From positions 2,910 to 66,909 of the forward strand of contig MGVS01000070.1 in assembly GCA_001800605.1 (NCBI GenBank): a stretch of DNA of 64,000 nucleotides. The letters run 5' to 3'. How positions within the stretch are numbered: position 1 is the first letter of the stretch; each line of letters starts with the position of its first letter. The notes beneath the pieces were generated by a model. That model searched no databases. It was not told where the DNA came from and saw nothing but the letters and a program-made list of their open reading frames with translations. Both the position numbers and the translations under genes were made by a program. Shown piece by piece: positions 29,851 to 40,141 of the stretch. Source of the DNA: Elusimicrobia bacterium RIFOXYD2_FULL_34_15. Its GTDB lineage: Bacteria; Elusimicrobiota; UBA8919.

Positions 29851-31404
29851 TTATTCTTTGAGTAACTTGTATTCAATAGAATCAACAAGTGCTTGCCAGG
29901 AAGCCTCTATAATATTTTCTGAAACACCGACTGTATTCCATTCGGTTTTTCCATCACTGGATTGTATTAGTACTCTCACCTTTGCACCTGTTCCGTCCGA
30001 AGGATTTATTATTCTAACTTTAAAATCTGAAAGACGTACATTTTTTAGTTGCGGATAAAATTTATCCAAAGCTTTCCTTAATGCATTGTCAAGAGCATTT
30101 ACCGGTCCGTCACCTTCCGCTGCCGTAAGTTCCTCTTTTCCATTTACAAAAACTTTTATAGTTGCTTCAGATTTTAAATTACCATTTTGATCTTTTTCAA
30201 CAGAAACCCTAAAGCCGCCTAAATCAAAAAAAGTTTTATGTTTTCCTGTATGTTTTTTTACCAGAAGTTCAAATGAGCCTTCGGCACCTTCATAAGAAAA
30301 TCCTTTTTTTTCAAAATCCTTGACAACCTGCAATATCTTTTTTGTTTTTTCAGAGTCTTTTTCAAAATTAATATTTAATTCTTTGGATTTTAAGAGAATA
30401 TTTGCACGTCCGGATAATTCGGATATTAAAATTCTTCTTTGATTGCCGACAAGAGACGGATCTATATGCTCATACGTTGATGATTTTCTTGCAACTGCCG
30501 AAGCATGAATACCGCCTTTATGTGCAAATGCAGAATAGCCGATATACGGTTGTTTATCATTTGGAACAACATTGGCGATTTCCGATATATATCTCGATGT
30601 TTCTGTGAGAAATTTAAGTCTTTGCTCACTTATGCAATTTATTCCGAGTTTTAATTTTAAGTTAGGAATTATACTCGAAAGATTTGCATTTCCGCATCTT
30701 TCTCCCCAGCCATTAATTGTTCCTTGTATATGAGTGCATCCAGATTGTATTGCAACTATTGAATTTGCAACAGCGCACCCGGAATCGTTATGTGCATGAA
30801 TTCCCAAAGGTGTAGAAATATGGATTTTTACATTTTCAACTATCTTTTTTAATTGATTAGGAAGCATTCCGCCATTTGTGTCACAGAGAGTTATGATATC
30901 CGCTCCGCCGGCTGATGCTGCTTTAATTGCTTTTATGGCATAATCCGGATTAGAATTGAAGCCGTCAAAAAAATGTTCCGCGTCGTAAATAACTTCTAAA
31001 TCTTTAGATTTAAGAAATTTTACTGAAGAATAAATCATATCCAGATTTTTCTCAAGAGTTGTGTTCAAAGCAAATTTAACATGCAAATCCCACGATTTTC
31101 CAAAGATACAAGCACAATCGGGTTTGATATTTACTATAGCTAAAAGATTTTCATCTTTATCCGGTTTTGAATCTTTATGTCTGGTGGAACCAAAAGCTGT
31201 AATTCTAGTTTTTAATTTTAATTTTCTTACTTTTTTAAAAAATTCTATATCTTTGGGATTGGAATAAGGCCAGCCGCCCTCAACATAATGAATTCCGAGT
31301 TCATCCAATGCCGAAGCGATTTTTAATTTATCGTCAACAGTCAGGGAAATCCCTTCGCCTTGAGTTCCGTCTCTTAATGTGGTATCAAATATTTTTACAT
31401 TCAT
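29851..31404 (-). CDS. cimA: (R)-citramalate synthase (LeuA-family, CimA type)
   Basis: [26 protein letters not shown], HxH metal site, about 517 aa with a LeuA-dimer-like C-domain. Length and architecture fit CimA (TIGR00977) rather than LeuA. Confidence 0.7.
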   Translation of the reverse strand: MNVKIFDTTLRDGTQGEGISLTVDDKLKIASALDELGIHYVEGGWPYSNPKDIEFFKKVRKLKLKTRITAFGSTRHKDSKPDKDENLLAIVNIKPDCACIFGKSWDLHVKFALNTTLEKNLDMIYSSVKFLKSKDLEVIYDAEHFFDGFNSNPDYAIKAIKAASAGGADIITLCDTNGGMLPNQLKKIVENVKIHISTPLGIHAHNDSGCAVANSIVAIQSGCTHIQGTINGWGERCGNANLSSIIPNLKLKLGINCISEQRLKFLTETSRYISEIANVVPNDKQPYIGYSAFAHKGGIHASAVARKSSTYEHIDPSLVGNQRRILISELSGRANILLKSKELNINFEKDSEKTKKILQVVKDFEKKGFSYEGAEGSFELLVKKHTGKHKTFFDLGGFRVSVEKDQNGNLKSEATIKVFVNGKEELTAAEGDGPVNALDNALRKALDKFYPQLKNVRLSDFKVRIINPSDGTGAKVRVLIQSSDGKTEWNTVGVSENIIEASWQALVDSIEYKLLKE

Positions 31405-31408
31405 AAGG

Positions 31409-32620
31409 TTATCCTAATCCGAACTTTTTATGCAGGATTTTTACAGCTCTATCGGTATCTTTACTTGAAATAATACAGGAAATTTTAATTTCTGAAGTTG
31501 AAATCATCTGAATATTTATATCTTCATCTGAAAATATTTTAAACATTTTTGCTGCAACTCCAGGATGACTTCGCATCCCGATTCCAACTATTGAAACTTT
31601 GGCTACATTTTCATCATAAATTACAGGGCCTGCGTTAAGTTTATTTGAAATATTTTTTAATATTGAAACGGCGTTTTTTAAATCATTTTTGGAAACAGTA
31701 AAAGATATATCGTTATATTTTTCTCTTGCAGCAGACTGAATTATCATATCAACATTTATGTTTTTGCCGGATAATGCGCCGAAAATATTTGCTGCGATAC
31801 CCGGTCTGTCCGGTACGTCTGTTATTGATACTTTAGATTCATTTTTATCGAATGCAACTCCGGATACAACTACATCTTCCATTTGTGAAACCTCCTTGGT
31901 TATAATAGTCCCTTTTTCATTAGAAAATGTTGAACGGACATGTATGTTAACATTGTATTTTTTTGCAACCTCAATTGAACGGGACATCATAACTTGACTG
32001 CCAACACCTGCTAGTTCAAGCATTTCATCGTAAGATATTTTATCAAGTTTTTTTGCTTCTGAAATAAGACGCGGATCAGTAGTATAAACACCTTTTACAT
32101 CTGTATATATCTCACATTCTTTTGCTTTCAAGGCTGCTGCAAGTGCAACTGCGGTAAGATCGCTGCCGCCTCGCCCCAAAGTTGCAAAATCGTCATTGGA
32201 ATTTAATCCCTGAAAACCGGCAACGATAACGATTTTATTTTTTTTAAGTTCCTCTAAAATTTTTTTTGGCCGGATTTTTCTTATTTTTGCTTTAGTATGA
32301 ACATTATTTGCATGAATACCTGCCTGTGGTCCGGTTAAAGATATAGCATCAAAACCTTTTGATTTTATAGCCATAGACAACAATGCGATAGACTGTATTT
32401 CGCCGGTTGCAAGCAACATATCCATTTCCCTGGGATCAGGTGATTCTGTAATAGATTTTGCCCTATCTATCAAATCATCTGTCATATCCCCAGGTGCAGA
32501 AACTACAACCACAATGTGATTTTTCCTTGCTTTTTCTGTTACTCTATTTGCAACATTTATTATTTTTTCTGTATTGGCTACCGACGAGCCGCCAAACTTC
32601 ATCACAATAAGATTATTCAT
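31409..32620 (-). CDS. lysC: Aspartate kinase
   Basis: VMKFGGSSV, two C-terminal ACT domains. Confidence 0.9.
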   Translation of the reverse strand: MNNLIVMKFGGSSVANTEKIINVANRVTEKARKNHIVVVVSAPGDMTDDLIDRAKSITESPDPREMDMLLATGEIQSIALLSMAIKSKGFDAISLTGPQAGIHANNVHTKAKIRKIRPKKILEELKKNKIVIVAGFQGLNSNDDFATLGRGGSDLTAVALAAALKAKECEIYTDVKGVYTTDPRLISEAKKLDKISYDEMLELAGVGSQVMMSRSIEVAKKYNVNIHVRSTFSNEKGTIITKEVSQMEDVVVSGVAFDKNESKVSITDVPDRPGIAANIFGALSGKNINVDMIIQSAAREKYNDISFTVSKNDLKNAVSILKNISNKLNAGPVIYDENVAKVSIVGIGMRSHPGVAAKMFKIFSDEDINIQMISTSEIKISCIISSKDTDRAVKILHKKFGLG

Positions 32621-33533
32621 TAATCAAACCCTTATTATCAAAATCACAAACTATAAATTTGGAATTAATTCTATGCTCTGAAAATGCTTTTTGCATGGAT
32701 TTCCCTATTCTATTCGCCAAACTCTTATTACTGATAGCCAATATCGTCGGTCCGCTTCCTGATATGCTAGCACCAAATGCACCCGCTTTATTTGCTGCGT
32801 TAAAAACTTTATCGACTCCGGGAATTAATTTTTTTCTATATGGCTGGTGCAACCTGTCATCCATTGCAATATTAAGCAATTCATATTTTTTTTGGATAAT
32901 TGCCGTTAAAAAAAGAGCTACTCTGCTTGAATTAAAAACCGCATCTTTGTGAGGTATTTTTTTGGGTAAAATCTTTCTTGCCTTGTCTGTTAAGACCTCA
33001 AAATCCGGAATACAAAAAACAGCCTTTAAGTTACCAGGCATATTTATTTTTGTATATATTACATTTTTTTCATCATAATTGCAAACGCATAATCCGCCAT
33101 AAAATGCAGGCACTATATTATCAGGGTGTCCTTCAAATTTTGTTGCTAAGTCAATTATTTCTTTTTCAGAGAGTTTATTACCTGATATTTTATTTGCTGC
33201 TATAATTCCTGCAAGACGCGCTGTTGCCGAACTTCCCAACCCTTTTGTTAAAGGAATTCTATTAGTTAACTTTATATTTGAAACATAATTACTAATTTTC
33301 AATTTATCAAAAACAAAGTTCATAGATTTCCAGACAATGTTGTTCTTATCTCTTGGAAGTTCTTTTTTACCTTCACCATGAATTTCAAAATTTACACGAT
33401 CTTGATTTACTTTTCCTAAATCATAGTTTACTTCAAATTCATTGTAGAGTTTAAGAGAGGCTCCCAAAACATCATAACCTGAACCGAAGTTCGAAGTAGT
33501 AGCAGGTATTTTGATTTTTATAGTTTTCATCAA
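32613..33533 (-). CDS. thrB: Homoserine kinase
   Basis: GHMP kinase motif PLTKGLGSSAT. Confidence 0.85.
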   Translation of the reverse strand: MMKTIKIKIPATTSNFGSGYDVLGASLKLYNEFEVNYDLGKVNQDRVNFEIHGEGKKELPRDKNNIVWKSMNFVFDKLKISNYVSNIKLTNRIPLTKGLGSSATARLAGIIAANKISGNKLSEKEIIDLATKFEGHPDNIVPAFYGGLCVCNYDEKNVIYTKINMPGNLKAVFCIPDFEVLTDKARKILPKKIPHKDAVFNSSRVALFLTAIIQKKYELLNIAMDDRLHQPYRKKLIPGVDKVFNAANKAGAFGASISGSGPTILAISNKSLANRIGKSMQKAFSEHRINSKFIVCDFDNKGLINE

Positions 33534-34703
33534 TTAGAGTTCGATTGCTGATATAATTTTTTTGATATTTGGTTCTAATACTTTTGGTTGTTTTGCCGAT
33601 TTTATTGCTCTATCAGGATCTTTCAGTCCATGTCCCGTTACCGTGCAAACAATCACACAGCCTGATTTTTGGATATTTATTTTTGAATTGAATTTTATAA
33701 GTCCGGCGACGGATGCTGCTGATGCCGGTTCGACAAAGACACCTTCTAAAGAAGCTAATAGTCTATATGCTTTTATTATTTCTGAATCAGTGACCATATC
33801 TATAACACCCTTTGATTCGTCTCTTGCTTCTTCTGCTTTTTTCCAACTTGCGGGATTTCCGATTTTTATAGCGGTTGCTATTGTCTTTGGGTTTTTTATT
33901 GGTTTACCTTTTACAATAGGTGCAGAACCGGATGCCTGAAAACCCATCATGTGTGGCAGGTTACAGGTCTCGCCACGGCGAGCAGGAAAAGGTAGAAAGG
34001 TAGAAAGGTTAGGACTTAATTTTAACCTTTTACTTTTAACTTTTAACTTTGATTTATCATTTGCATATTCTTTATAGCCTTTCCAGTAAGCAGTGATATT
34101 TCCGGCGTTTCCGACCGGAATAAAATGATAATCCGGAGCCCTGCCCAAAAAGTCGATTATTTCAAAAGCTGCGGTTTTTTGGCCTTCAATTCTATATGGA
34201 TTTACTGAATTAACAAGCGTAATCGGATAATTTTTTGTTATTTCAATAACGATTTTTAGTGCCTCATCAAAATTCCCTTTTAATGCTATGACCTTTGCTC
34301 CATGCATCATTGCCTGTGAAAGTTTGCCTAACGCGATAGAACCATCGGGAATTACAACTGAACATTTAAGTCCTGCTCTTGCGGAATACGCAGCAGCTGA
34401 CGCAGCGGTATTGCCGGTTGAAGCACAAATAACTGCTTTGCTTCCTTCTTCAACTGCTTTAGAAATTGCCATTGTCATACCGCGGTCTTTGAAAGAACCG
34501 GTTGGATTCATCCCTTCAAATTTTAAATAAATCTCAGAATTTACCTTTAAGAATTTTTCGAGGTTTCTTGCCCGTAACAATGGCGTATTACCCTCATAAA
34601 GCGTAACTATAGGTGTCTTGTCAGACACGGGTAGATACTTCCTATATCTATCAATAATCCCTTTATAAATCATATTTAAACCAGGATACAGAATACAGTA
34701 CAC
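33534..34703 (-). CDS. thrC: Threonine synthase, carrying an in-frame insertion of about 35 aa derived from intergenic repeat families
   Basis: PLP site [18 protein letters not shown], then ...[18 protein letters not shown]-[insert][14 protein letters not shown]. Confidence 0.85.
   Translation of the reverse strand: MYCILYPGLNMIYKGIIDRYRKYLPVSDKTPIVTLYEGNTPLLRARNLEKFLKVNSEIYLKFEGMNPTGSFKDRGMTMAISKAVEEGSKAVICASTGNTAASAAAYSARAGLKCSVVIPDGSIALGKLSQAMMHGAKVIALKGNFDEALKIVIEITKNYPITLVNSVNPYRIEGQKTAAFEIIDFLGRAPDYHFIPVGNAGNITAYWKGYKEYANDKSKLKVKSKRLKLSPNLSTFLPFPARRGETCNLPHMMGFQASGSAPIVKGKPIKNPKTIATAIKIGNPASWKKAEEARDESKGVIDMVTDSEIIKAYRLLASLEGVFVEPASAASVAGLIKFNSKINIQKSGCVIVCTVTGHGLKDPDRAIKSAKQPKVLEPNIKKIISAIEL
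33955..34064. repeat. Composite repeat inserted in-frame in thrC. Units are tcgccacggcgag, (ggtagaaag)2 and (ttttaac)n.
   Basis: ggtctcgccacggcgagcaggaaaaggtagaaaggtagaaaggttaggacttaattttaaccttttacttttaacttttaactttga. It translates to [35 protein letters not shown]. Confidence 0.8.
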
Positions 34704-34790
34704 AGGATACAGTATTATAAGTTCTCGTCTATTAACTTCAAATTATAAACTTTTTCCTCTCTACCTTTTTCCCTTTTTACCGTATCTTTA
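34680..34790. repeat. thrC-hom intergenic repeats: an ACAGGATACAG family member plus a CTCTACC family member
   Basis: ccaggatacagaatacagtacacaggatacag ... cctctctacctttttccctttttacc. Confidence 0.7.
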
Positions 34791-36089
34791 TTCTAAAATT
34801 CTCAGCATTACTGTTTTTGAATTTATAACAGATAAACTATCTATTGTTTTAAGTGCTTTTTTAATATTCCCCTCTTTAGCTTTATGAGTTAGTATAAAAA
34901 TAGGAACTGATTGTTTTTTATGCCTTTGTTCCTGGAAACATGCAGCTATAGAAACACCATTCTTGCCCAAAATACCGGATATGTTTGCAAGAACACCCGG
35001 TTTATCTACAGTTGTAAATCTTAAATAATATTTACATTCAGTTTCTTCAATTGGCTTTATGTTGAGCTTAAGTGTTTTATCATATGAAACATAGGGGAAT
35101 TTTCCTGCAGTTCTATAAAATATATTTCTTGCAAGACAAACTATATCTGATGTGACACCGCTTGCTGCAGCAGGGCCGCCGGCGCCTTTACCGTAAAACA
35201 TAATATCTCCGGCAGAATCACCAAATATATAAATCGCATTGTATTCATTTTCAACCGTCGCAAGCGGGTGTTCAGCAGAAATAAATGCAGGGTAAACAGT
35301 TGCAGAAATCTTATTATTATCACTTTTCACTATTGCAAGAAGTTTTAATATATATCCGAATTCATTTTTTGCATATTTAATATCAATAAGATTAATATTA
35401 GCAATACCTTCTCTGTAAATTTTTTCAAAAGGCAGATGATTGCCGTATGCGATAGACGCTAAAACTGAGAGTTTATGGGCAGTATCAGAGCCGTTTATAT
35501 CAAGTGTCGGGTCAGCTTCAGCAAAGCCTGATTTTTGAGCTAATTTTAATGCTTCATCAAAACTCATGTTATCATCCGTCATTTTTGATAATATAAAATT
35601 TGTGGTTCCATTCAATATACCAATAATGGATTGAATTTTATTTGCAACAAGTCCTTCGTTTAAAGATTGAATTACAGGTATACCTGCACCGACAGATGCT
35701 TCAAAGTATACGGATACTCTTTTTCTCAATGCTAATGAAAAAATCTCATCCCAATATTTAGAAAGAACAGCTTTATTTGCGGTAACGACATGTTTATTGT
35801 TGTTTAACGCTTCAATTATTATTTTTCTGGATATATCGGTTCCGCCTATCAATTCAACAAGAATATTGACTTCCGGGTCCTGAATAACTTTGTTTGAATC
35901 AGTAGTTAATTTTTCTTTCGGTAAATTGGAAGCTTTAAGCCGAGAAGAATCCTTGTCACAAACCCATTTTATGTTTATACCGCAGCCAATTTTTTTATTG
36001 ATATCGGACCGGTGTTTCTGCAATATTTTTATTACATTTAATCCGACGGTTCCGCATCCGACAATTCCTATATTGATTTTTTTATCCAT
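34788..36089 (-). CDS. hom: Homoserine dehydrogenase
   Basis: NAD-binding GxGxVG, Homoserine_dh domain, C-terminal ACT. Confidence 0.9.
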   Translation of the reverse strand: MDKKINIGIVGCGTVGLNVIKILQKHRSDINKKIGCGINIKWVCDKDSSRLKASNLPKEKLTTDSNKVIQDPEVNILVELIGGTDISRKIIIEALNNNKHVVTANKAVLSKYWDEIFSLALRKRVSVYFEASVGAGIPVIQSLNEGLVANKIQSIIGILNGTTNFILSKMTDDNMSFDEALKLAQKSGFAEADPTLDINGSDTAHKLSVLASIAYGNHLPFEKIYREGIANINLIDIKYAKNEFGYILKLLAIVKSDNNKISATVYPAFISAEHPLATVENEYNAIYIFGDSAGDIMFYGKGAGGPAAASGVTSDIVCLARNIFYRTAGKFPYVSYDKTLKLNIKPIEETECKYYLRFTTVDKPGVLANISGILGKNGVSIAACFQEQRHKKQSVPIFILTHKAKEGNIKKALKTIDSLSVINSKTVMLRILE

Positions 36090-36095
36090 AAGTTA

Positions 36096-36140
36096 CCCCG
36101 TACGAGATAGGAAGCGTTTGAAAAATGCTTCCGTGTATTG
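36096..36140 (-). promoter_or_regulatory. Conserved 46-nt element, copy 2, ending 6 nt before the hom ATG
   Basis: ccccgtacgagataggaagcgtttgaaaaatgcttccgtgtattg, compared with copy 1 at 3749-3794. Confidence 0.4.
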
Positions 36141-36217
36141 CTGATAAAACTTTTTTATACTTTTAATACTTCTTTTTAATAAAATGTATTTCGTATTCTA
36201 ACGCATCTCTAACGGTG

Positions 36218-37399
36218 CTATTCCCTCAGAAATTTTTTCAGACGAAGTAACGCATCGTGAAATCTATTAAAATGAGTAACTAACGAAAACCTGACGTATC
36301 CTTCACCGTAGTCGCCGAAACCGCTTCCAGGCAAGCATACTATCCCGGTATTTCTTATTAACTGTTCACAAAAATTTAATGAACCCTTTTTTTGAAATTT
36401 TTCCGGAATCTTTGCCCAGAGATACATTGTTGCCTTTGGTTTTTCTACAACAAACCCGAGTTTGTTTAAACCGTCACAAAATTTATCCCTTCTTTTTTTG
36501 TATTCATCTAGAGTAGATTTCATTAAACCGTCTTCACTGTTTAAGGCAGCTACTGCAGCTAACTGCAGGAATGTCGGTACACCATAATCAACAAATGATT
36601 TAAATTTTTCAAGAGGAGCTATTATTTTTGAATTTCCAAGGCAAAAACCAATACGCCAACCGGCCATATTATATGTTTTAGATAGAGAATAAAATTCAAC
36701 GCCCACATCTTTCGCTCCCGGTGTTTGTAGAAACGAAGGAGCAACAAAATCATCAAATGTAACCTCTGAATATGCATTATCATGGCAAACTATGATATCG
36801 TATTTTTTTGCAAATCTAACAACTTCTTTAAAAAAAGATAAATCTTCAACAACAGCAGCAGTAGGATTATTAGGATAATTCAAAATCATGAATTTTGCTT
36901 TTTTAGCAACCTTTTCAGGAATTTTTGTCAAATCCGGTATCCATTTATTCTCCGGCAATAAAGGCATATCAAAAATCTTTCCGCCAGCTAGGATAACATT
37001 GTTAAGATGTGCAGGATATGCAGGATTTGAAACAAGTGCTGTATCACCCAAATCCAGATATGTCATACACATATGTGCGATACCTTCTTTAGAACCAATC
37101 AGTACAATTGCTTCATTATCAGGATTTAAGTCAACATCGAATCTTTTTTTATACCAGCTACAGATTGCTTTTCTTAGTTTTGGCATTCCTTTTGCTTGAG
37201 GGTACCGATGTGTTCCCGGGTGATTTTTTATAGTATCTACAAGGCGGTCAATGATAATACTTGGTGTCGGCAAATCGGGATTTCCCATTCCCAAATCAAT
37301 AACGTCTAATTTTTTTTCAAATGCCTCTTTTTTTAAAACATTTATAATTGAAAAAATATAAGGCGGTAGTTTATCTAATTTTTTGGAATAATGCTTCAT
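36218..37399 (-). CDS. PLP-dependent aminotransferase, class I/II (AspC/AlaT/LL-DAP-aminotransferase-like)
   Basis: SKTYNMAGWRIGF carries the PLP-binding Lys. About 393 aa. Confidence 0.8.
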   Translation of the reverse strand: MKHYSKKLDKLPPYIFSIINVLKKEAFEKKLDVIDLGMGNPDLPTPSIIIDRLVDTIKNHPGTHRYPQAKGMPKLRKAICSWYKKRFDVDLNPDNEAIVLIGSKEGIAHMCMTYLDLGDTALVSNPAYPAHLNNVILAGGKIFDMPLLPENKWIPDLTKIPEKVAKKAKFMILNYPNNPTAAVVEDLSFFKEVVRFAKKYDIIVCHDNAYSEVTFDDFVAPSFLQTPGAKDVGVEFYSLSKTYNMAGWRIGFCLGNSKIIAPLEKFKSFVDYGVPTFLQLAAVAALNSEDGLMKSTLDEYKKRRDKFCDGLNKLGFVVEKPKATMYLWAKIPEKFQKKGSLNFCEQLIRNTGIVCLPGSGFGDYGEGYVRFSLVTHFNRFHDALLRLKKFLRE

Positions 37400-37404
37400 T
37401 AAAA

Positions 37405-37502
37405 CCTCGCGGATTCACGCTGATACCTACGCTGATCTACGCTGAACTTTCCGCGTTGTAATCCGCGTTTATCTGCTTCTATGCTTTCAGCGTGGATCTG
37501 CT
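37405..37502. repeat. ATCTGCGT/ATCTGCTTC family repeat block. It supplies the C-terminus and TGA stop of the 87-aa ORF.
   Basis: cgctgatctacgctgaactttccgcgttgtaatccgcgtttatctgcttctatgctttcagcgtggatctgcttc. Confidence 0.7.
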
Positions 37503-37750
37503 TCGAGTCTTTCAATGTACTCAGGGATCCGTTTAGACAATTCAAAAATCGCTAACCCAATTACTATGCATGCAAGTCCATAAACAACTTCAAAACCCGA
37601 ATATTTTGACCATTTAGCAAGCGGAACGAATTCTGACTCCGGAAAGCCGATGAGAGCATCATAAAGTCCTTTAAGTGCTACAATGCCCCCCCAGACAACA
37701 AAAATCCATCCGCTGCTTTTAAAAACTGCACGATATTTTATTTTTTGCAT
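37487..37750 (-). CDS. Small membrane protein (2 TM), unknown function
   Basis: 87 aa. Hydrophobic segments IFVVWGGIVAL and VVYGLACIVIGLAIF. Confidence 0.3.
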   Translation of the reverse strand: MQKIKYRAVFKSSGWIFVVWGGIVALKGLYDALIGFPESEFVPLAKWSKYSGFEVVYGLACIVIGLAIFELSKRIPEYIERLEADPR

Positions 37751-37802
37751 AGTTAGAAATCAGGTTAAAATTTAGAAGTTATAATTAAATGTTTTAATCC
37801 TC

Positions 37803-37878
37803 AATTTTTTCCGCCACTATTTCTCGGGCGGACCCGCCCCCGCCACTGAGACATTGGCGGGCAAGAACGACTTAGTGG
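37803..37878. repeat. GC-rich hairpin repeats, CCGCCACT...AGTGGCGG family
   Basis: ccgccactatttctcgggcgg, cccgccactgagacattggcggg, acgacttagtggcggg. The relative at 60318-60364 shares ACGACTTAGTGGCGG. Confidence 0.65.
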
Positions 37879-37911
37879 CGGGAACTTTTACCTTTAACTT
37901 TTTAATTGCTT

Positions 37912-38973
37912 TTATTTGCTCTTTTTCCAGTTTTCGGGTCTTAATGACCTTACGGCCGCACCTGCACGCCACATTTCAGAGTCTCTGATTACTTTTAATT
38001 CTTTTTCGAGTTTTTCCCTGTAATCGGCGGCACCGTTTGCTTCTATAACTCTTTTTGTTTCTTCTCCTGTTTTTACTTTGTCATATAATTCTTTAAATAC
38101 AGGATCAACCGCTTTCTTGAATTTCGGCATCCAGTCAAGAGCGCCTCTCTGAGCGGTTGTGCTGCAGTTTGCAAACATCCAATCCATTCCGTTTTCGGCG
38201 ACCAATCTTATCAAGCTTTGAGTAAGTTCTTCAACCGTTTCATTGAACGCTTCGGACGGGCTATGACCGTGTTTTCTTAACAAATCATATTGTGATTCAA
38301 GTATACCGGCTAATGCACCCATAAGGGTTCCTCTTTCTCCGGTGAGATCGCTATAAACTTCATTTTCGAAAGTAGTCGGAAAAAGGAATCCTGAACCGAC
38401 GGCAATACCCAGTGCAAGGGTTCTGTCCATTGCTTTTCCAGTTGCATCCTGGAAAACCGCAAAACTCGAGTTTATACCGCTTCCGCTTAAGAAATTTCTT
38501 CTCACAGATGTACCTGAACCTTTTGGAGCTACAAGGATAACATCAATATCTTTAGGTGGAATAACTTTTGTCTGTTCTTTATATACAATTGTAAAACCAT
38601 GGGAAAAATATAACGCTTTTCCTTTAGTAACATACTGTTGTATTTTAGGCCACACCACCATCTGAGCTGCATCTGATACCAGAAATTGTATTATTGTTCC
38701 TTTTTGTACGGCTTCTTCAATGCTAAAAAGAGTTTTTCCGGGTACCCAGCCATCTGCGACAGCTTTATCCCAGTATACTTTTTCTTCAGGCCGCTGGCCG
38801 ATAATAACATTAATTTTATTATCCCGCATATTCAATGACTGTGCAGGTCCCTGAACACCGTATCCGATTACCGCAACGACTTCATTTTTTAAAACTTCCT
38901 GTGCCTTAGACAAAGGGAACTCGTCTCTTGTCACAACTTCTTCCATAACCCCGCCAAAATCAATCTTTGCCAT
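37912..38973 (-). CDS. ilvC: Ketol-acid reductoisomerase
   Basis: Rossmann motif IGYGVQG, IlvN and IlvC domains. Confidence 0.9.
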   Translation of the reverse strand: MAKIDFGGVMEEVVTRDEFPLSKAQEVLKNEVVAVIGYGVQGPAQSLNMRDNKINVIIGQRPEEKVYWDKAVADGWVPGKTLFSIEEAVQKGTIIQFLVSDAAQMVVWPKIQQYVTKGKALYFSHGFTIVYKEQTKVIPPKDIDVILVAPKGSGTSVRRNFLSGSGINSSFAVFQDATGKAMDRTLALGIAVGSGFLFPTTFENEVYSDLTGERGTLMGALAGILESQYDLLRKHGHSPSEAFNETVEELTQSLIRLVAENGMDWMFANCSTTAQRGALDWMPKFKKAVDPVFKELYDKVKTGEETKRVIEANGAADYREKLEKELKVIRDSEMWRAGAAVRSLRPENWKKSK

Positions 38974-38977
38974 TCTA

Positions 38978-40141
38978 CTATCCTCCTATGATTTTTTTGA
39001 ATTTTCTTTTGCCGACCTGTACTAAAATTGAATCTTCAATTTTAATAACTTTATCATCTGAAACTTTTTGCTCATTTATTTTAACTCCGCCTTGTTGGAT
39101 AAGCCGTTCGGCTTCTTTTTTGCTTGATACTAGTTTTGATTTAACGAGAAGTTCGGAAAGTTTAATTTCTTTTTCCGTTATTTTAAATTCTTCTATAACT
39201 GAAGGTAATTCTTTGTTTGCAAATACTTTGTTGAATTCTTGTTCTGCACTTTCAGCTGCTTCTTGTGAATGAAATTTCGTTATGATAATCTTTGCGAGTT
39301 TTTGTTTCATCTCTTTCGGGTGATTTTTCTTTATTTCATCCAGATTTTCCTGGGTTAAAAGTTCAAAATATGTGTACATAAGCTCATCCGAAATTGACAT
39401 AATTTTTCCGAATATTTCAGATGGCGGTTCCGAAATTCCAATATAATTTTTATACGACTTGGACATTTTATGAACACCGTCTGTACCTACCAGAAGAGGC
39501 ATTGTAATAGCAACTTGAGGCGGTTCGTTATAATCCTTTTGAATATCCCTGGCCATAAGAAGATTGAATTTTTGGTCAGTTCCGCCAAGTTCGATATCGC
39601 TTTTAACTGCAACGGAATCATAACCGGTTAAAAGCGGGTACAGAAATTCAAGAATAGTAATATCATTACCTTCTTTATATCGCTGGTTAAAATCTGCACG
39701 CGCAAGCATCTGTGCAACTGTCGAATGTTTGGATAATTCCAAAAGACCGTCAAGTCCCAATGAATAAAGCCAATGGCTATTAAACATAACTTCTGTTTTT
39801 TCCTTATCTAATATTTTGAAAACCTGATCCTGATAGGTTTTTGCGTTACTGAGAATTTCTTCCTCACCGAGCGTAGGTCTGGTAGCACTTCTTCCTGAAG
39901 GGTCCCCAATTCTTGCAGTAAAATCGCCTATAATAAAGACAATCCGATGTCCTAATTCCTGAAATATTTTCAGTTTTTCAATAACGACAGTATGTCCCAA
40001 ATGTATATCAGGTGAGGTAGGATCAACGCCAAGTTTTACTCTTAACGGTTTGCCGCTTTTTAGTTTTGTTATTAATTCTTCTTCGGAAATTATTTCAACC
40101 GTTCCGCGTTTTATTTTAGCCAGTTGTTCATCTAAAGTCAT
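38978..40141 (-). CDS. tyrS: Tyrosine--tRNA ligase
   Basis: HLGH (HIGH) and KMSKS motifs, C-terminal S4-like domain. Confidence 0.9.
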   Translation of the reverse strand: MTLDEQLAKIKRGTVEIISEEELITKLKSGKPLRVKLGVDPTSPDIHLGHTVVIEKLKIFQELGHRIVFIIGDFTARIGDPSGRSATRPTLGEEEILSNAKTYQDQVFKILDKEKTEVMFNSHWLYSLGLDGLLELSKHSTVAQMLARADFNQRYKEGNDITILEFLYPLLTGYDSVAVKSDIELGGTDQKFNLLMARDIQKDYNEPPQVAITMPLLVGTDGVHKMSKSYKNYIGISEPPSEIFGKIMSISDELMYTYFELLTQENLDEIKKNHPKEMKQKLAKIIITKFHSQEAAESAEQEFNKVFANKELPSVIEEFKITEKEIKLSELLVKSKLVSSKKEAERLIQQGGVKINEQKVSDDKVIKIEDSILVQVGKRKFKKIIGG

